A stretch of DNA of 63,373 nucleotides from a virus (taxonomy: Duplodnaviria > Heunggongvirae > Uroviricota > Caudoviricetes): positions 1-63,373 of IMG/VR virus record IMGVR_UViG_3300028854_000008; one strand, 5' to 3'. Each line of letters begins with the position of its first letter. Position 1 is the first letter of the stretch. The notes beneath the pieces are model-generated. The model was not told the origin of the DNA. It saw only the letters and a list, made by a program, of their open reading frames with translations, and made no database searches. The position numbers and the translations under genes were made by a program. Positions 50,276-59,329 of the stretch are shown piece after piece.

Positions 50276-50279
50276 TTAT

Positions 50280-50717
50280 ATGAATGAAAAAGCACAACTG
50301 GCTGCTGTTCAACAATATGGTCGTGCAATTGAATACATCAGCAAGCCAAGCGAAGCTATGCAAATGGCTGCTGTTCAACAAAATGGTCGTGCAATTTACC
50401 ACATCAGCAAGCCAAGCGAAGCTGTGCAACTGGCTGCTGTTCAACAATATGGTCGTGCAATTGAATACATCAGCAAGCCAAGCGAAGCTGTGCAAATGGC
50501 TGCTGTTCAACAATATGGTCGTGCAATTGAATACATCAGCAAGCCAAGCGAAGCTATGCAAATGGCTGCTGTTCAACAAAATGGTTGGGCAATTTACCAC
50601 ATCAGCAAGCCAAGCGAAGCTGTGCAACTGGCTGCTGTTCAACAATATGGTCGTGCAATTAAATTCATAAAAAATCCAACAATTAATGTCAAATTAGTGG
50701 CTAAATTGCTGTCTTAA
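50280..50717 (+). CDS. 22-aa tandem-repeat protein, 6 units; paralog of 44853-45356
   Basis: 66-nt units; near-identical 3' end and identical downstream flank. Confidence 0.85.
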   Translation: MNEKAQLAAVQQYGRAIEYISKPSEAMQMAAVQQNGRAIYHISKPSEAVQLAAVQQYGRAIEYISKPSEAVQMAAVQQYGRAIEYISKPSEAMQMAAVQQNGWAIYHISKPSEAVQLAAVQQYGRAIKFIKNPTINVKLVAKLLS

Positions 50718-50776
50718 AATATTCAAAACAAAGCACTTATTTTATTATTGACATTTAAACTTTAGGATGATATACT
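50714..50776 (+). promoter_or_regulatory. Conserved upstream element plus sigma70-like promoter
   Basis: AAAATATTCAAAACAAAGCACTTA; TTGACA(50748)-N17-TATACT. Confidence 0.7.
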
Positions 50777-50976
50777 GTATTTGCAGTCAAATTTTAGGAG
50801 GCGTTATGGAATATGAATTAGTGGAAGATATGGATTTTGAAAATGATGTTGTTCTGTTATTTGATGAAAACAGAACTGTTGATTTCGATGAATATGACGT
50901 AAATCTTGAATATGGAGATGAACTGGCAAAGCGCGGCGTTATTTTTTTCTTAAACTACTAAACGAAAGGAAATGAA

Positions 50977-51384
50977 ATGCTGAGCGGAAGTTGGAAGCGT
51001 GGTATGGATGCTGCATCTGCTGCGGCCCTGAGTAGCAACGGGCCGCAGAAGGGATTTCGCCTTGGCGCAGCACTTTATGCTGGTTCAAATTTGCTGGCTG
51101 CTGGGCATAATTTTTGGGGAAAGACTACTCCGATTTCCTCTTTTGATTCTTACAACGGCAATGTTCACGCGGAAATCAGTACGCTTGTGAAACGTAGATA
51201 TTACGATAAGTCGAACAATCTTATTCTCTATGTTTCGCGTACTACTACAAATTCGCGCCAAACAGTTGAGCAATATGGATGTTCCCGTCCGTGTAATCGT
51301 TGCATGTCTGCTATAAAAGTTGCTGGCGTTCGACGTGTTCGATTCTTTGACGAGAATGGCGAACCTGCTGAAATCAAACTTTAA
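50977..51384 (+). CDS. Zn-dependent nucleoside/nucleotide deaminase (second deaminase)
   Basis: LGAAL...AAGHN, VHAEIS, SRPCNRC. Confidence 0.8.
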   Translation: MLSGSWKRGMDAASAAALSSNGPQKGFRLGAALYAGSNLLAAGHNFWGKTTPISSFDSYNGNVHAEISTLVKRRYYDKSNNLILYVSRTTTNSRQTVEQYGCSRPCNRCMSAIKVAGVRRVRFFDENGEPAEIKL

Positions 51385-51490
51385 CTTGTTCATTCTAAAG
51401 GTCCAAAAATGGCTAAATTGCCCCATAAACCGCTCTAAGCCTTTGGTAATGTCTAAGTACCAGAAAGCAAAAAGAATCGCTACAAAGTCC

Positions 51491-51548
51491 AAAATAAGTA
51501 TAGTGTTTTCAACGAGATACAAATCATTGAAAACACTATACTTATTTT
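51491..51548. repeat. Perfect 22-bp inverted repeat (14-nt spacer) directly upstream of a promoter
   Basis: AAAATAAGTATAGTGTTTTCAA / TTGAAAACACTATACTTATTTT. Confidence 0.9.
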
Positions 51549-51552
51549 GTGC

Positions 51553-51581
51553 TTGACAAATAACCTAAAGTTTGGTATTCT
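51553..51581 (+). promoter_or_regulatory. sigma70-like promoter
   Basis: TTGACA-N17-TATTCT. Confidence 0.7.
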
Positions 51582-51819
51582 ATATTTGTTGGTGGAGAGA
51601 ATATGCCAGAAGCAATAGATTGGTCGAGTCGAAGGGCGATTGCGTGACGTAAGAATGACTGATAATCTGTCACTGCAAGATGGCAACACAGATTACGCTT
51701 GGGGAAAAACTTGAATCTTTTGGCTGGTCAATTCAGATTGTAATTGCATGTAAGAATATCGTGATTGCTGAAGAACGGTTGGAAGCCCTGAAGATTGACA
51801 AGTATGGACGGAGAAAATA

Positions 51820-52098
51820 ATGGACGAATTTTACAATTCGCTGAAACAGTTTGTTGATGGCTGGTGTCAGAACGAAAACAATAAACGGCGAATCAGTGAC
51901 AATATTAGTCGTTCCAATTATGAAATTTTTTGGCTGAAAAATGAAATTAGCAAATTGGAATTGAATCTTTCTAAAAAACCATCTACCATTCGCCAGATCA
52001 ATCAATACGAGCATCAAATTTTGGAGTTGAAAGTTAAGCTGGCGTTTGATCCTTGGTATGGTGCAAAGATTCAAGAGATGGAGAATGAAAATGACTGA
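51820..52098 (+). CDS. Coiled-coil hypothetical protein
   Basis: 92 aa with GGAG SD. Confidence 0.6.
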   Translation: MDEFYNSLKQFVDGWCQNENNKRRISDNISRSNYEIFWLKNEISKLELNLSKKPSTIRQINQYEHQILELKVKLAFDPWYGAKIQEMENEND

Positions 52099-52327
52099 CA
52101 AAATGTTGAAAATTCTTTTGAAAAAACTCACGCCATTTTCTGACACTAAATAATGGTATTGTTTTGCCAATAGAAATGGATTGGCTTATTAAGAATGGAG
52201 CAAAGAATCCTTATCCAAATCAAGATAACAATTTTGGTTATTGGATTAAAGGTGTAAAGACTGGTGAAGGCAGAAGTAGCTGTTTTTATTTTATTCCGTC
52301 TGGAGAAATTTTGAAACTTCTAATCAA

Positions 52328-52756
52328 GTGGCATCCGAACGAACCATCATTGCTTTAAGAAAGAGAGAAAATATGTCAAATAAGATTTTTACCGCAGAGA
52401 TGTTCACAGCGACGAAATGGGACACAGCACAGGATAAAGCTGATTTTGCTAACAAGTTTGTTAGTTTTGTTGAGTCAGGGTTCAAGGAAACACTCTTCAC
52501 GAAGAAATTTTATACTCGTCTTTCAAATTGTTTTGGACACATCGCGTCCTATAACAAGCTTGGATTTTATGATAAATGGTTTTCAGATTTTGATTCGCAA
52601 GTGCGATTTTTAAATAACGCATTGACTCATCCAAGCTTTGGTGATGCGTCATACACTTATTCAGATGTTGAAAGAGCATTGAAGATGATAATTACCAATC
52701 GCCAGATGATTTCAGGAATTACCACCAGAATGATTATGGAAAAATTGATGCGATAA
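52328..52756 (+). CDS. Hypothetical protein
   Basis: Likely starts at MSNKIF. Confidence 0.6.
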   Translation: MASERTIIALRKRENMSNKIFTAEMFTATKWDTAQDKADFANKFVSFVESGFKETLFTKKFYTRLSNCFGHIASYNKLGFYDKWFSDFDSQVRFLNNALTHPSFGDASYTYSDVERALKMIITNRQMISGITTRMIMEKLMR

Positions 52757-52971
52757 TGCGCGATAAAAATTGCAAAATATTAAAAGCAAATGACTATATT
52801 TTAATACATTTTTCATCCCAAGATGTATTGGCTCAAGTTATTGAGCCACAATCTAACAAGTTTAATCAAGCATGGTGCAGAATTCATAATGGCAATCAAA
52901 CAATTATTGCTTTGAGTGCGTGTAGTTTAATTACAGAAAACGATGCACTAATTTGGAAGCTGGCGCAATGA
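52756..52971 (+). CDS. KOW/SH3-like family member
   Basis: MRDKNCKILKANDYI...ENDALIWKLAQ. Confidence 0.7.
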   Translation: MRDKNCKILKANDYILIHFSSQDVLAQVIEPQSNKFNQAWCRIHNGNQTIIALSACSLITENDALIWKLAQ

Positions 52972-53192
52972 CAGATAAAAATGGAACAAAGTTAAAAAAT
53001 GGAGATTGGGTTAAAACATCACGTTGGCAAGAAGGTTGCTATGTTACAATAATGGGAAAAATTATAAAAATTATATACTTTGACAATCTTGCTATTATAC
53101 AAGACGATAAAGGTTTTATGATTCGTAGAGTCAGTAATGAAATTGAATTGGCCACAATGGACGAAATGTTAATCTATAAGTTGGAGAGATAA
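52968..53192 (+). CDS. KOW/SH3-like family member
   Basis: MTDKNGTKLKNGDWV...DEMLIYKLER. Confidence 0.75.
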   Translation: MTDKNGTKLKNGDWVKTSRWQEGCYVTIMGKIIKIIYFDNLAIIQDDKGFMIRRVSNEIELATMDEMLIYKLER

Positions 53193-53423
53193 ATGTTAGA
53201 TCGCTGCGGAAAAGAATTAAAAGTTGGAGATTGTATACGATTTTCTCCTAATCCTGCACACGATACTTTTGATGAAATTTCTTTTATATATAAAATATAT
53301 ACGCAGCGTTCAATGAAAGACGCGGCTATATTTAAATATAAAGATGTATTATATGCCAGAAATTCATGCGAAATAGAAAAAATTACCAATGAGGAGGCAT
53401 TAATTTGGAAATTAGAAAGATAG
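53193..53423 (+). CDS. KOW/SH3-like family member
   Basis: MLDRCGKELKVGDCI...NEEALIWKLER. Confidence 0.75.
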   Translation: MLDRCGKELKVGDCIRFSPNPAHDTFDEISFIYKIYTQRSMKDAAIFKYKDVLYARNSCEIEKITNEEALIWKLER

Positions 53424-53638
53424 ATTGCTATAAAAAGCCAATAAGAATTGGAGATTATGTTTTATATTTTGGATTTAACGCAGTGGGAATAGTTATAGAT
53501 TCAATTTCTTGCTACAACGATGAATCGTGTGTTTCATTCTTTGGAGAAAATTACAACAACAAACTTTATTGGTTGGCATCATCGCAATTAAAAATAATTA
53601 CCAAAAATGAAGCTTTAATTTGTATATTGGAAAATTAA
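53405..53638 (+). CDS. KOW/SH3-like family member (start codon uncertain)
   Basis: IDCYKKPIRIGDYV...KNEALICILEN. Confidence 0.65.
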   Translation: MEIRKIDCYKKPIRIGDYVLYFGFNAVGIVIDSISCYNDESCVSFFGENYNNKLYWLASSQLKIITKNEALICILEN

Positions 53639-53647
53639 GAAAATTAT

Positions 53648-53878
53648 ATGACAGACAAAAACGGAAAAGAATTAAAAGTTGGAGATTATGCTTGGTTTTC
53701 AATAGAAAAAATTGAAACCAAATATGATAAAATTTTAATTAAACTTACCAAAGACAACTCAACTAATTATGACTGTTTATATAGTCTTGGCGAAACTCTA
53801 AGAAAAGGTGTAGCACGACCAGAATATTGCACGTTGGCAACATTAGACGAAGTGCTGATTTATAAGTTGGAAAGATAA
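53648..53878 (+). CDS. KOW/SH3-like family member
   Basis: MTDKNGKELKVGDYA...DEVLIYKLER. Confidence 0.75.
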   Translation: MTDKNGKELKVGDYAWFSIEKIETKYDKILIKLTKDNSTNYDCLYSLGETLRKGVARPEYCTLATLDEVLIYKLER

Positions 53879-54080
53879 TGAAAGACAAAAACGGAAAAGA
53901 ATTAAAAGTAGGTGATTGGATTATTTTTCTGGAGGAATAGAACAGATCAGAGGTTTCTCTAGTATTGATTACAACTTAATAGCAATAATTAATATTGGGA
54001 TATATACTACATGGAGATTTGGAGAGGAAATTTGGCTTGCTGAGAATGATGAAATATTAATACACAAATTGGAGGCATGA
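53878..54080 (+). pseudogene. KOW/SH3-like family member split by a one-base-short T run (53924-53928); may be a sequencing error
   Basis: MKDKNGKELKVGDWIIF / GGIEQ...ENDEILIHKLEA*. Confidence 0.65.
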
Positions 54081-54142
54081 TGAAATATAGAACTGATGAG
54101 CGTATTAAATAATGATGATTATGGTTGGCACTTATTTTTCAC

Positions 54143-54171
54143 TTGACTTTACTCTTAAAGTTTGATATCAT
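54143..54171 (+). promoter_or_regulatory. sigma70-like promoter
   Basis: TTGACT-N17-TATCAT; upstream GCACTTA half-element. Confidence 0.65.
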
Positions 54172-54177
54172 TTTTAT

Positions 54178-55187
54178 ATGAAGAAATTATTTCAAACATT
54201 ATATGGGTCATCTTTGTATGGAACAGCCACAGCTAATTCTGACATAGACATCAAGGTTATTATTCTTCCTTCTTTAGATGATTTATTGCTAGGAATTTCT
54301 CCCAAGAATAAAGTCAAAAACAATAATAAAAAGTTTGGAGAAAAAAACACTGCTGAAAACATTGATATTGAGGAAATTCCATTACATATGTTTGCTAAAG
54401 ATTTTATGGAAGGACAATCTTATGCAATTGAGTTAGCTTTCGCAGTTGAATGTGTTGATGCTGAACAAGCAATTTACGATGGAAGATTTCCAAAATTTGT
54501 TTCAGAATTAAGAAGTAAATTTTTGACTTCAAATATTTTTGCTATTTGTGGTTATAGTTTGCATCAGGCGAATCTATATTCTGATAAAGGCGATAGATTG
54601 TGCGCTGCTTTTGAAGCTGAAAAATTGTATTCTGAATTTCCACTATTGGATAAAATTTCAGATCATTCTGAAAACTTCAATAAAGAGGCAAATATTGTTC
54701 AGAATAAATTTCCTAAATATTTTCAAGTGACTGAATATGCAGTTGACGCAACCAAAACTGTAATGCGCCCATGCGTTAAACTTCTTGAAAAGACTCTTCC
54801 ATATTCAAATACTTTTGAAACAAACCTTGCAACTATCAAAAAGCAGATTGGAAAGTTTGGTACAAGAGCCAAAGCCGCTTCTCTATCTGGCGCAGACTGG
54901 AAGGCAATTTCTCATAGTTTGAGAATTGTAAATGAAGGAATTGAGTTGCTTTCTGGAAAAAATTGATATATCCATATCCTAAAGAATATTGTGAATATCT
55001 GCTTAGTATTAAGCGCGGAGAACATTCAATTGAAGAAATTTCTGCCTTAATTAGTGATGGAGTTGATAAATTGAAAACTTTGTCTTTGAGTTCTAAATTG
55101 CCTGAATGCAATGCAGAACTTACAGAAAAATTCAATATTTGGTTTTTGGAATGGTTGAAGAAATTTTACAGTTTGAAGGATTGTTGA
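54178..55187 (+). CDS. Pol-beta superfamily nucleotidyltransferase, split at A6 (54957-54962)
   Basis: YGSSLYGTATANSDID (GS...DxD); C-terminal DWKAISHSLR...LLSGK / LIYPYP...IKRG continues in the shifted frame. Confidence 0.75.
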
Positions 55188-55212
55188 CATTTCTTCTAGA
55201 TTGTGGTATACT
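55184..55212 (+). promoter_or_regulatory. sigma70-like promoter
   Basis: TTGACA-N17-TATACT. Confidence 0.75.
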
Positions 55213-55381
55213 AATTATGAAAGGATTATATGACTAGTGCAACAGATTTCTATTTCAAGATTGACAAAGGCACTTTTTATTTTCCAATTATAAGCGAAGA
55301 AATTTCTTTTGATTTGGAAGATATAATGGCTTTCGCAGAAGCATATGCAAAATATGTAATTGAAGAGAAAGAAGGAAAATA

Positions 55382-56368
55382 ATGACTCCTGATTATGGAA
55401 TAATTTGCGGCAGATTTCAGATACCAGAGTTGCATGATGGCCACAGAGCATTGCTCAATGCTGTTGGGCAGTTGCATCCTAGAGTAATTGTATTCATTGG
55501 ATGTGTTCCTGCTGGTGTGGCACCGACAAAAAATGATCCTCTTGATTTTGATACCCGCCGACGGATGGTTCAACAGTTGTATCCAAGTTATGAAGTGTAT
55601 CCAATTCATAATCGCAAGAGTGATGAACTATGGAGCGCAGATTTGGATCGACTAATTACTGAAAGAGTTCCATATGGAAAAGCAACATTGTATGGAAGTC
55701 GAGACAGTTTTGCTAAGAGTTACACTGGAAAGCGTAAAGTTGTTGAATTGACACTGGCTGTTTCCAGAAATATTTCTGGAACTGATTTGAGAAATGAAAT
55801 TGCGAATGTGGTGCAGGACAGTCCAGCATTCCGAGCAGGAATTATTTATGGACAGTTGAACACGTTTGATCGCGTTATACCCACAGTTGATATTGCGATT
55901 ATTCATCGAGGACTTCCAAAAATTGATGGAGTATCCAAAAATGATAACGGCGATACATACGTTGTAAATCCAACATGCGGGATTGAACTTCTGTTGGCAA
56001 AACGAGCAGATGAAGCTGGCTGGAGATTTCCTGGTGGTCACGCTATGGGGAAAAATCGCCCGCAGAATCAGAGCTATGAACACGATGCAAATATGGAAAG
56101 TTACGAGGAAACAGCAAGCTATCCTGAAAATTTGAAGTATATTGGAAGCACCCAGATTGATGATTGGCGTTATAAGGACACCCCTGAATCTATTAAAACT
56201 GTTTTCTTTCTTGGCGAAGTTATGACATTGGCAAGTGTTGGAGGAGATGATATTGCTACAACACGATTCTTCCCAATTGAAAAAGTAAGTGAAGAAATGT
56301 TTGAGCCAGAACATAAAATATTATTCAATATGTTAATGAATTATTTAAAGAAGGAAAAGTATTTATAG
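55382..56368 (+). CDS. Bifunctional NMN adenylyltransferase / Nudix hydrolase (NadM-Nudix type)
   Basis: GRFQIPELHDGH (HxGH), DPLDF, ISGTDLR; Nudix FPGG...ESYEET...GGDD. Confidence 0.9.
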   Translation: MTPDYGIICGRFQIPELHDGHRALLNAVGQLHPRVIVFIGCVPAGVAPTKNDPLDFDTRRRMVQQLYPSYEVYPIHNRKSDELWSADLDRLITERVPYGKATLYGSRDSFAKSYTGKRKVVELTLAVSRNISGTDLRNEIANVVQDSPAFRAGIIYGQLNTFDRVIPTVDIAIIHRGLPKIDGVSKNDNGDTYVVNPTCGIELLLAKRADEAGWRFPGGHAMGKNRPQNQSYEHDANMESYEETASYPENLKYIGSTQIDDWRYKDTPESIKTVFFLGEVMTLASVGGDDIATTRFFPIEKVSEEMFEPEHKILFNMLMNYLKKEKYL

Positions 56369-56403
56369 TGCAGCAGTAAGTGAAATTATTGAAAGTCTAG
56401 AAG

Positions 56404-56589
56404 ATGAAAGAAATCTCTGATAAAGAAAAGAAAATTTATTTAAAATTCTGTGATTGGGATATTGGACCAAAAAATTATTATTCTGGCCCTGCATATTATA
56501 TTCATCCTGATACAACCAAATTTATGTTTATTGATAATGCTTTCAATTATCAAATGCAATTGGATGGGCACGATGAAATATCCAAGTAA
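56404..56589 (+). CDS. Small hypothetical protein (paralog of the next gene)
   Basis: KEKKIYLKFCDW. Confidence 0.6.
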   Translation: MKEISDKEKKIYLKFCDWDIGPKNYYSGPAYYIHPDTTKFMFIDNAFNYQMQLDGHDEISK

Positions 56590-56776
56590 AGAAGAAATGA
56601 AAATTTACTTAAAATTTTGTGGATGGTGGGAATTAAATAATGATGAGTGGTTTCCTATTCCTTTATTGTTTCCGCCAAATCCAGAGCCAAGCGAAGCTAC
56701 TGGATTTTACACAATTTTAGAAGCATTTAAATGGCAAATGAAAAAAGATGGGCAACTTGACAATTTAGACCAATAA
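56573..56776 (+). CDS. Small hypothetical protein
   Basis: KEEMKIYLKFCGW. Confidence 0.6.
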   Translation: MKYPSKEEMKIYLKFCGWWELNNDEWFPIPLLFPPNPEPSEATGFYTILEAFKWQMKKDGQLDNLDQ

Positions 56777-56785
56777 TGATATACT
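56757..56785 (+). promoter_or_regulatory. sigma70-like promoter
   Basis: TTGACA-N17-TATACT. Confidence 0.7.
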
Positions 56786-56811
56786 AAGAACATAGAAAAA
56801 GGAGATTCAAA

Positions 56812-58230
56812 ATGCCGAGGCCGCTCGTAATTAACCCACTTTTAGACGATGATAGTTATAAAAAAACTCACCCAAAAATGCTTCCAGATAATTTAACTGA
56901 GGCAATGAATTATTATTGTAATCGCGGAGGAATTTATAGCGAAGCTGTGTTTTTTGGTCTTCAGTATCAGTTAATCTCTGAATTTGAAGGGAAGTTTTTC
57001 ACTCAGGAAAATCTTGATGAAGCATATGCAGATAGCCAGATTCATTTTTATGATGGATTTCCTTATCCTAAAGAACAGTGGCAGTATATATTAGACAAAT
57101 ATGATGGAAGATTGCCTATTGAAATTAAAGCCATCAAAGAAGGACAGCCATTTAATATCTCCAATGATGGAGTAAATACTGTTGTATTTACAGTAGAAAG
57201 TACTGATGAAAAATGTGCATGGCTCCCAGGATGGTGCGAAACTCGTTTAATGCGTAATTGGTATGGTAGTATTGTTGCTACTCAGAGTCGAGAAGTTAAA
57301 AAATTGGCCAAGGAATATTTGACATTAACGGCTGATTCTTATAATTCTCTTCCATTTATGTTGCATGATTTTGGAGGTAGAGCAGTATCTTGTACTCATC
57401 AGGCTGCACTCGGAGGCGCGGCTCATCTTATTAATTTTAAAGGAACTGATACTGGAATTGCTATGAGTCTTTTGCATCAGTATTATGATGCACCACGAGT
57501 TTCTGCTTATAGCGTTCCTGCTTCTGAACATTTTGTTATGACTATGGAAGGACCAGAAGGAGAAAGAAGTGTAACTGGAAGAATTCTTGGAGTATATAAA
57601 GATGCTCCAATCGTAAGTATTGTTATTGATAGTTATGATGATGAATATTTTGTTCGTGAAATTCTTGGTGGGACATTTCGTGACCAGATTTTACATGGAA
57701 AGAGCAAAATTGTTGCAAGACCTGATTCTGGCGATCCAGAAATTAAAGTTCCAATTCTTTTGAATATCCTTGGTGATAGATTTGGTTATACCATCAATAA
57801 CAAAGGATTCAAAGTTTTGAGCCCTTGTGTTGGCATTCTTTGGGGAGATGGAATGGATATTTTTAGTATTCGCAAATTATATGAAGCTTTGCGTCTTGCT
57901 GGGTGGAGTGTTGAAAATACTGTAGTTGGAATGGGTGGCGGTTTATTACAGAAAATTAATCGAGATACGAGTCGAGCCGCGATGAAATTTTGTAATATTG
58001 TTTTAAATGGAGTAGATACACCAGTGTATAAAAAACCAAAAGATGATCCATTCAAAGCCAGCTTTGCTGGAAGGCCAGCATTGGTTTATAGTGAAGCAAC
58101 TGGTTTATATAGAACGGTTAAAGATAATGGAAATGGAGTATATGGAAATTGTCTTGAATTGGTTTTTAGAAACGGAAAAGTTCTTCGTCATCAGACATTG
58201 GAAGAAATTCGTCAGTTGGCTGATGTATAA
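56812..58230 (+). CDS. nadV: Nicotinamide phosphoribosyltransferase (NAMPT)
   Basis: DDSYKKTH, ETRL, LHDFGGR, SVPASEH, SIVIDSYD, RPDSGDP, WGDG, GMGGGLLQ. Confidence 0.95.
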   Translation: MPRPLVINPLLDDDSYKKTHPKMLPDNLTEAMNYYCNRGGIYSEAVFFGLQYQLISEFEGKFFTQENLDEAYADSQIHFYDGFPYPKEQWQYILDKYDGRLPIEIKAIKEGQPFNISNDGVNTVVFTVESTDEKCAWLPGWCETRLMRNWYGSIVATQSREVKKLAKEYLTLTADSYNSLPFMLHDFGGRAVSCTHQAALGGAAHLINFKGTDTGIAMSLLHQYYDAPRVSAYSVPASEHFVMTMEGPEGERSVTGRILGVYKDAPIVSIVIDSYDDEYFVREILGGTFRDQILHGKSKIVARPDSGDPEIKVPILLNILGDRFGYTINNKGFKVLSPCVGILWGDGMDIFSIRKLYEALRLAGWSVENTVVGMGGGLLQKINRDTSRAAMKFCNIVLNGVDTPVYKKPKDDPFKASFAGRPALVYSEATGLYRTVKDNGNGVYGNCLELVFRNGKVLRHQTLEEIRQLADV

Positions 58231-58305
58231 TTGCCAGAATAAAGTGGTAACGCTATTGGTGTTAAGATTGACAGCGGATTCTTAGGAAACTTGGAGGAAA
58301 AATAA

Positions 58306-58485
58306 ATGCACCCTTATGACCAGCTAGTAAAGGATATGCTTGCTTGGGTGCATGAGCAAAGCACACCTAAATGTTCGTGGTGCGAAAGACAATTCGCTGT
58401 TAGTCAAGGTTTTTGCTCTCAGAACTGCTGCAACGAACAAAGAGAATACGAACGTAAGCACGGTATTGCAGCCGATACTCTGTAA
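58306..58485 (+). CDS. Small zinc-finger protein, 59 aa (not in ORF track)
   Basis: GGAGG SD; CSWC...FCSQNC. Confidence 0.6.
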   Translation: MHPYDQLVKDMLAWVHEQSTPKCSWCERQFAVSQGFCSQNCCNEQREYERKHGIAADTL

Positions 58486-58514
58486 GGTATCACTGAATGT
58501 ATTAAAATAATTTT

Positions 58515-58664
58515 GGCTAGGCCAGTCTTCAGAGATTGGCTCTCTGATCGCAGTTGCTGACGGCAGAGTGACATAATATAGAGGGGTTCATACATAAAAT
58601 CCTTGCAACAGGAAAAGATATGGATGAGTATATAAAGATGGTTAAACTCCATCCCTAGCCACCA
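58515..58664 (+). ncRNA. Expanded tRNA-like RNA (150 nt)
   Basis: Perfect acceptor GGCTAGG/CCTAGCC, A-CCA end, T-arm GATGG-TTAAACT-CCATC, ~75 extra internal nt. Confidence 0.7.
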
Positions 58665-58682
58665 AATTTATAAAGGAAAAAT

Positions 58683-58880
58683 ATGAAATTTATACCAAAC
58701 TATTCAAAGGCCCCAGACATTGGCGAAGAAAAGATTAAGAGAAAATTTATAATTTTTCCTCGCCAATGCCCAATGACTGGGACATATTATTTTCTGCAAA
58801 CTTGCACATTTCACTATAAATATGGCTCATTTTGTAGCGATACCAATGATTATTGGTATCTAGTAAAAATTACTGATTAA
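58683..58880 (+). CDS. Small hypothetical protein (paralog of 59326)
   Basis: FIIFPRQCPMTGTYYFL. Confidence 0.6.
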   Translation: MKFIPNYSKAPDIGEEKIKRKFIIFPRQCPMTGTYYFLQTCTFHYKYGSFCSDTNDYWYLVKITD

Positions 58881-58893
58881 GAAAGGCAAAATT

Positions 58894-59112
58894 ATGATGT
58901 GTAATTCATGTGGAAGCATAAGAATATTGGAAGTATCTGGAAAAGTTTCAGATGCGTGTTTTATTACTTTTGCAAATGAGGAGCATGATGGATATGTTCC
59001 TTATAATTTAAGAATTGGAGGCGGGGATTATTTAGAATTTAATCTCTGTATGGAGTGTGGGAAAGTGCAAGGAAAATTTCCAGTTGCTGAAGTGAATCTT
59101 GAAGGAAGATAA
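58894..59112 (+). CDS. Small Zn-ribbon-like protein
   Basis: CNSCGS...CMECG. Confidence 0.65.
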   Translation: MMCNSCGSIRILEVSGKVSDACFITFANEEHDGYVPYNLRIGGGDYLEFNLCMECGKVQGKFPVAEVNLEGR

Positions 59113-59329
59113 GAAATTAACTATGATTTCGCTGAGCCCTCAATTGTGGCTGCCGTTTTATAGAAGAAATAAAGATGGAACTATTGTATTTAATGGTTCT
59201 ATTGGTTGTTTAACAGATGATTGTAAATACTGGAATGATAAAAGTTGTAATCCAGGAGTTAAAGACAATAATCCAGATTTATGTAAATTGCCACAAGATC
59301 CTTGGTGGCCAGATTGGAGTAAATTATGA
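59099..59329 (+). CDS. Small hypothetical protein
   Basis: 76 aa. Confidence 0.5.
   Translation: MKEDKKLTMISLSPQLWLPFYRRNKDGTIVFNGSIGCLTDDCKYWNDKSCNPGVKDNNPDLCKLPQDPWWPDWSKL

Noticed and set aside
44556-50670. Overlapping ORFs in other frames and strands across the 66-nt repeats
   Set aside because: The repeat unit lacks stops in several frames; only the frame that begins at ATG and ends in the shared cap is credible
44853-50717. Diversity-generating retroelement (TR/VR pair)
   Set aside because: Differences between copies are not adenine-restricted, both copies are coding, and no reverse transcriptase is in the window
54957-54966. Programmed -1 frameshift in the NTase as a firm call
   Set aside because: A slippery heptamer is present but no stimulatory structure was seen, and two other one-base-short runs suggest sequencing error
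58515-58664. tmRNA
   Set aside because: No G3:U70, far too short, and no tag ORF or pseudoknot series
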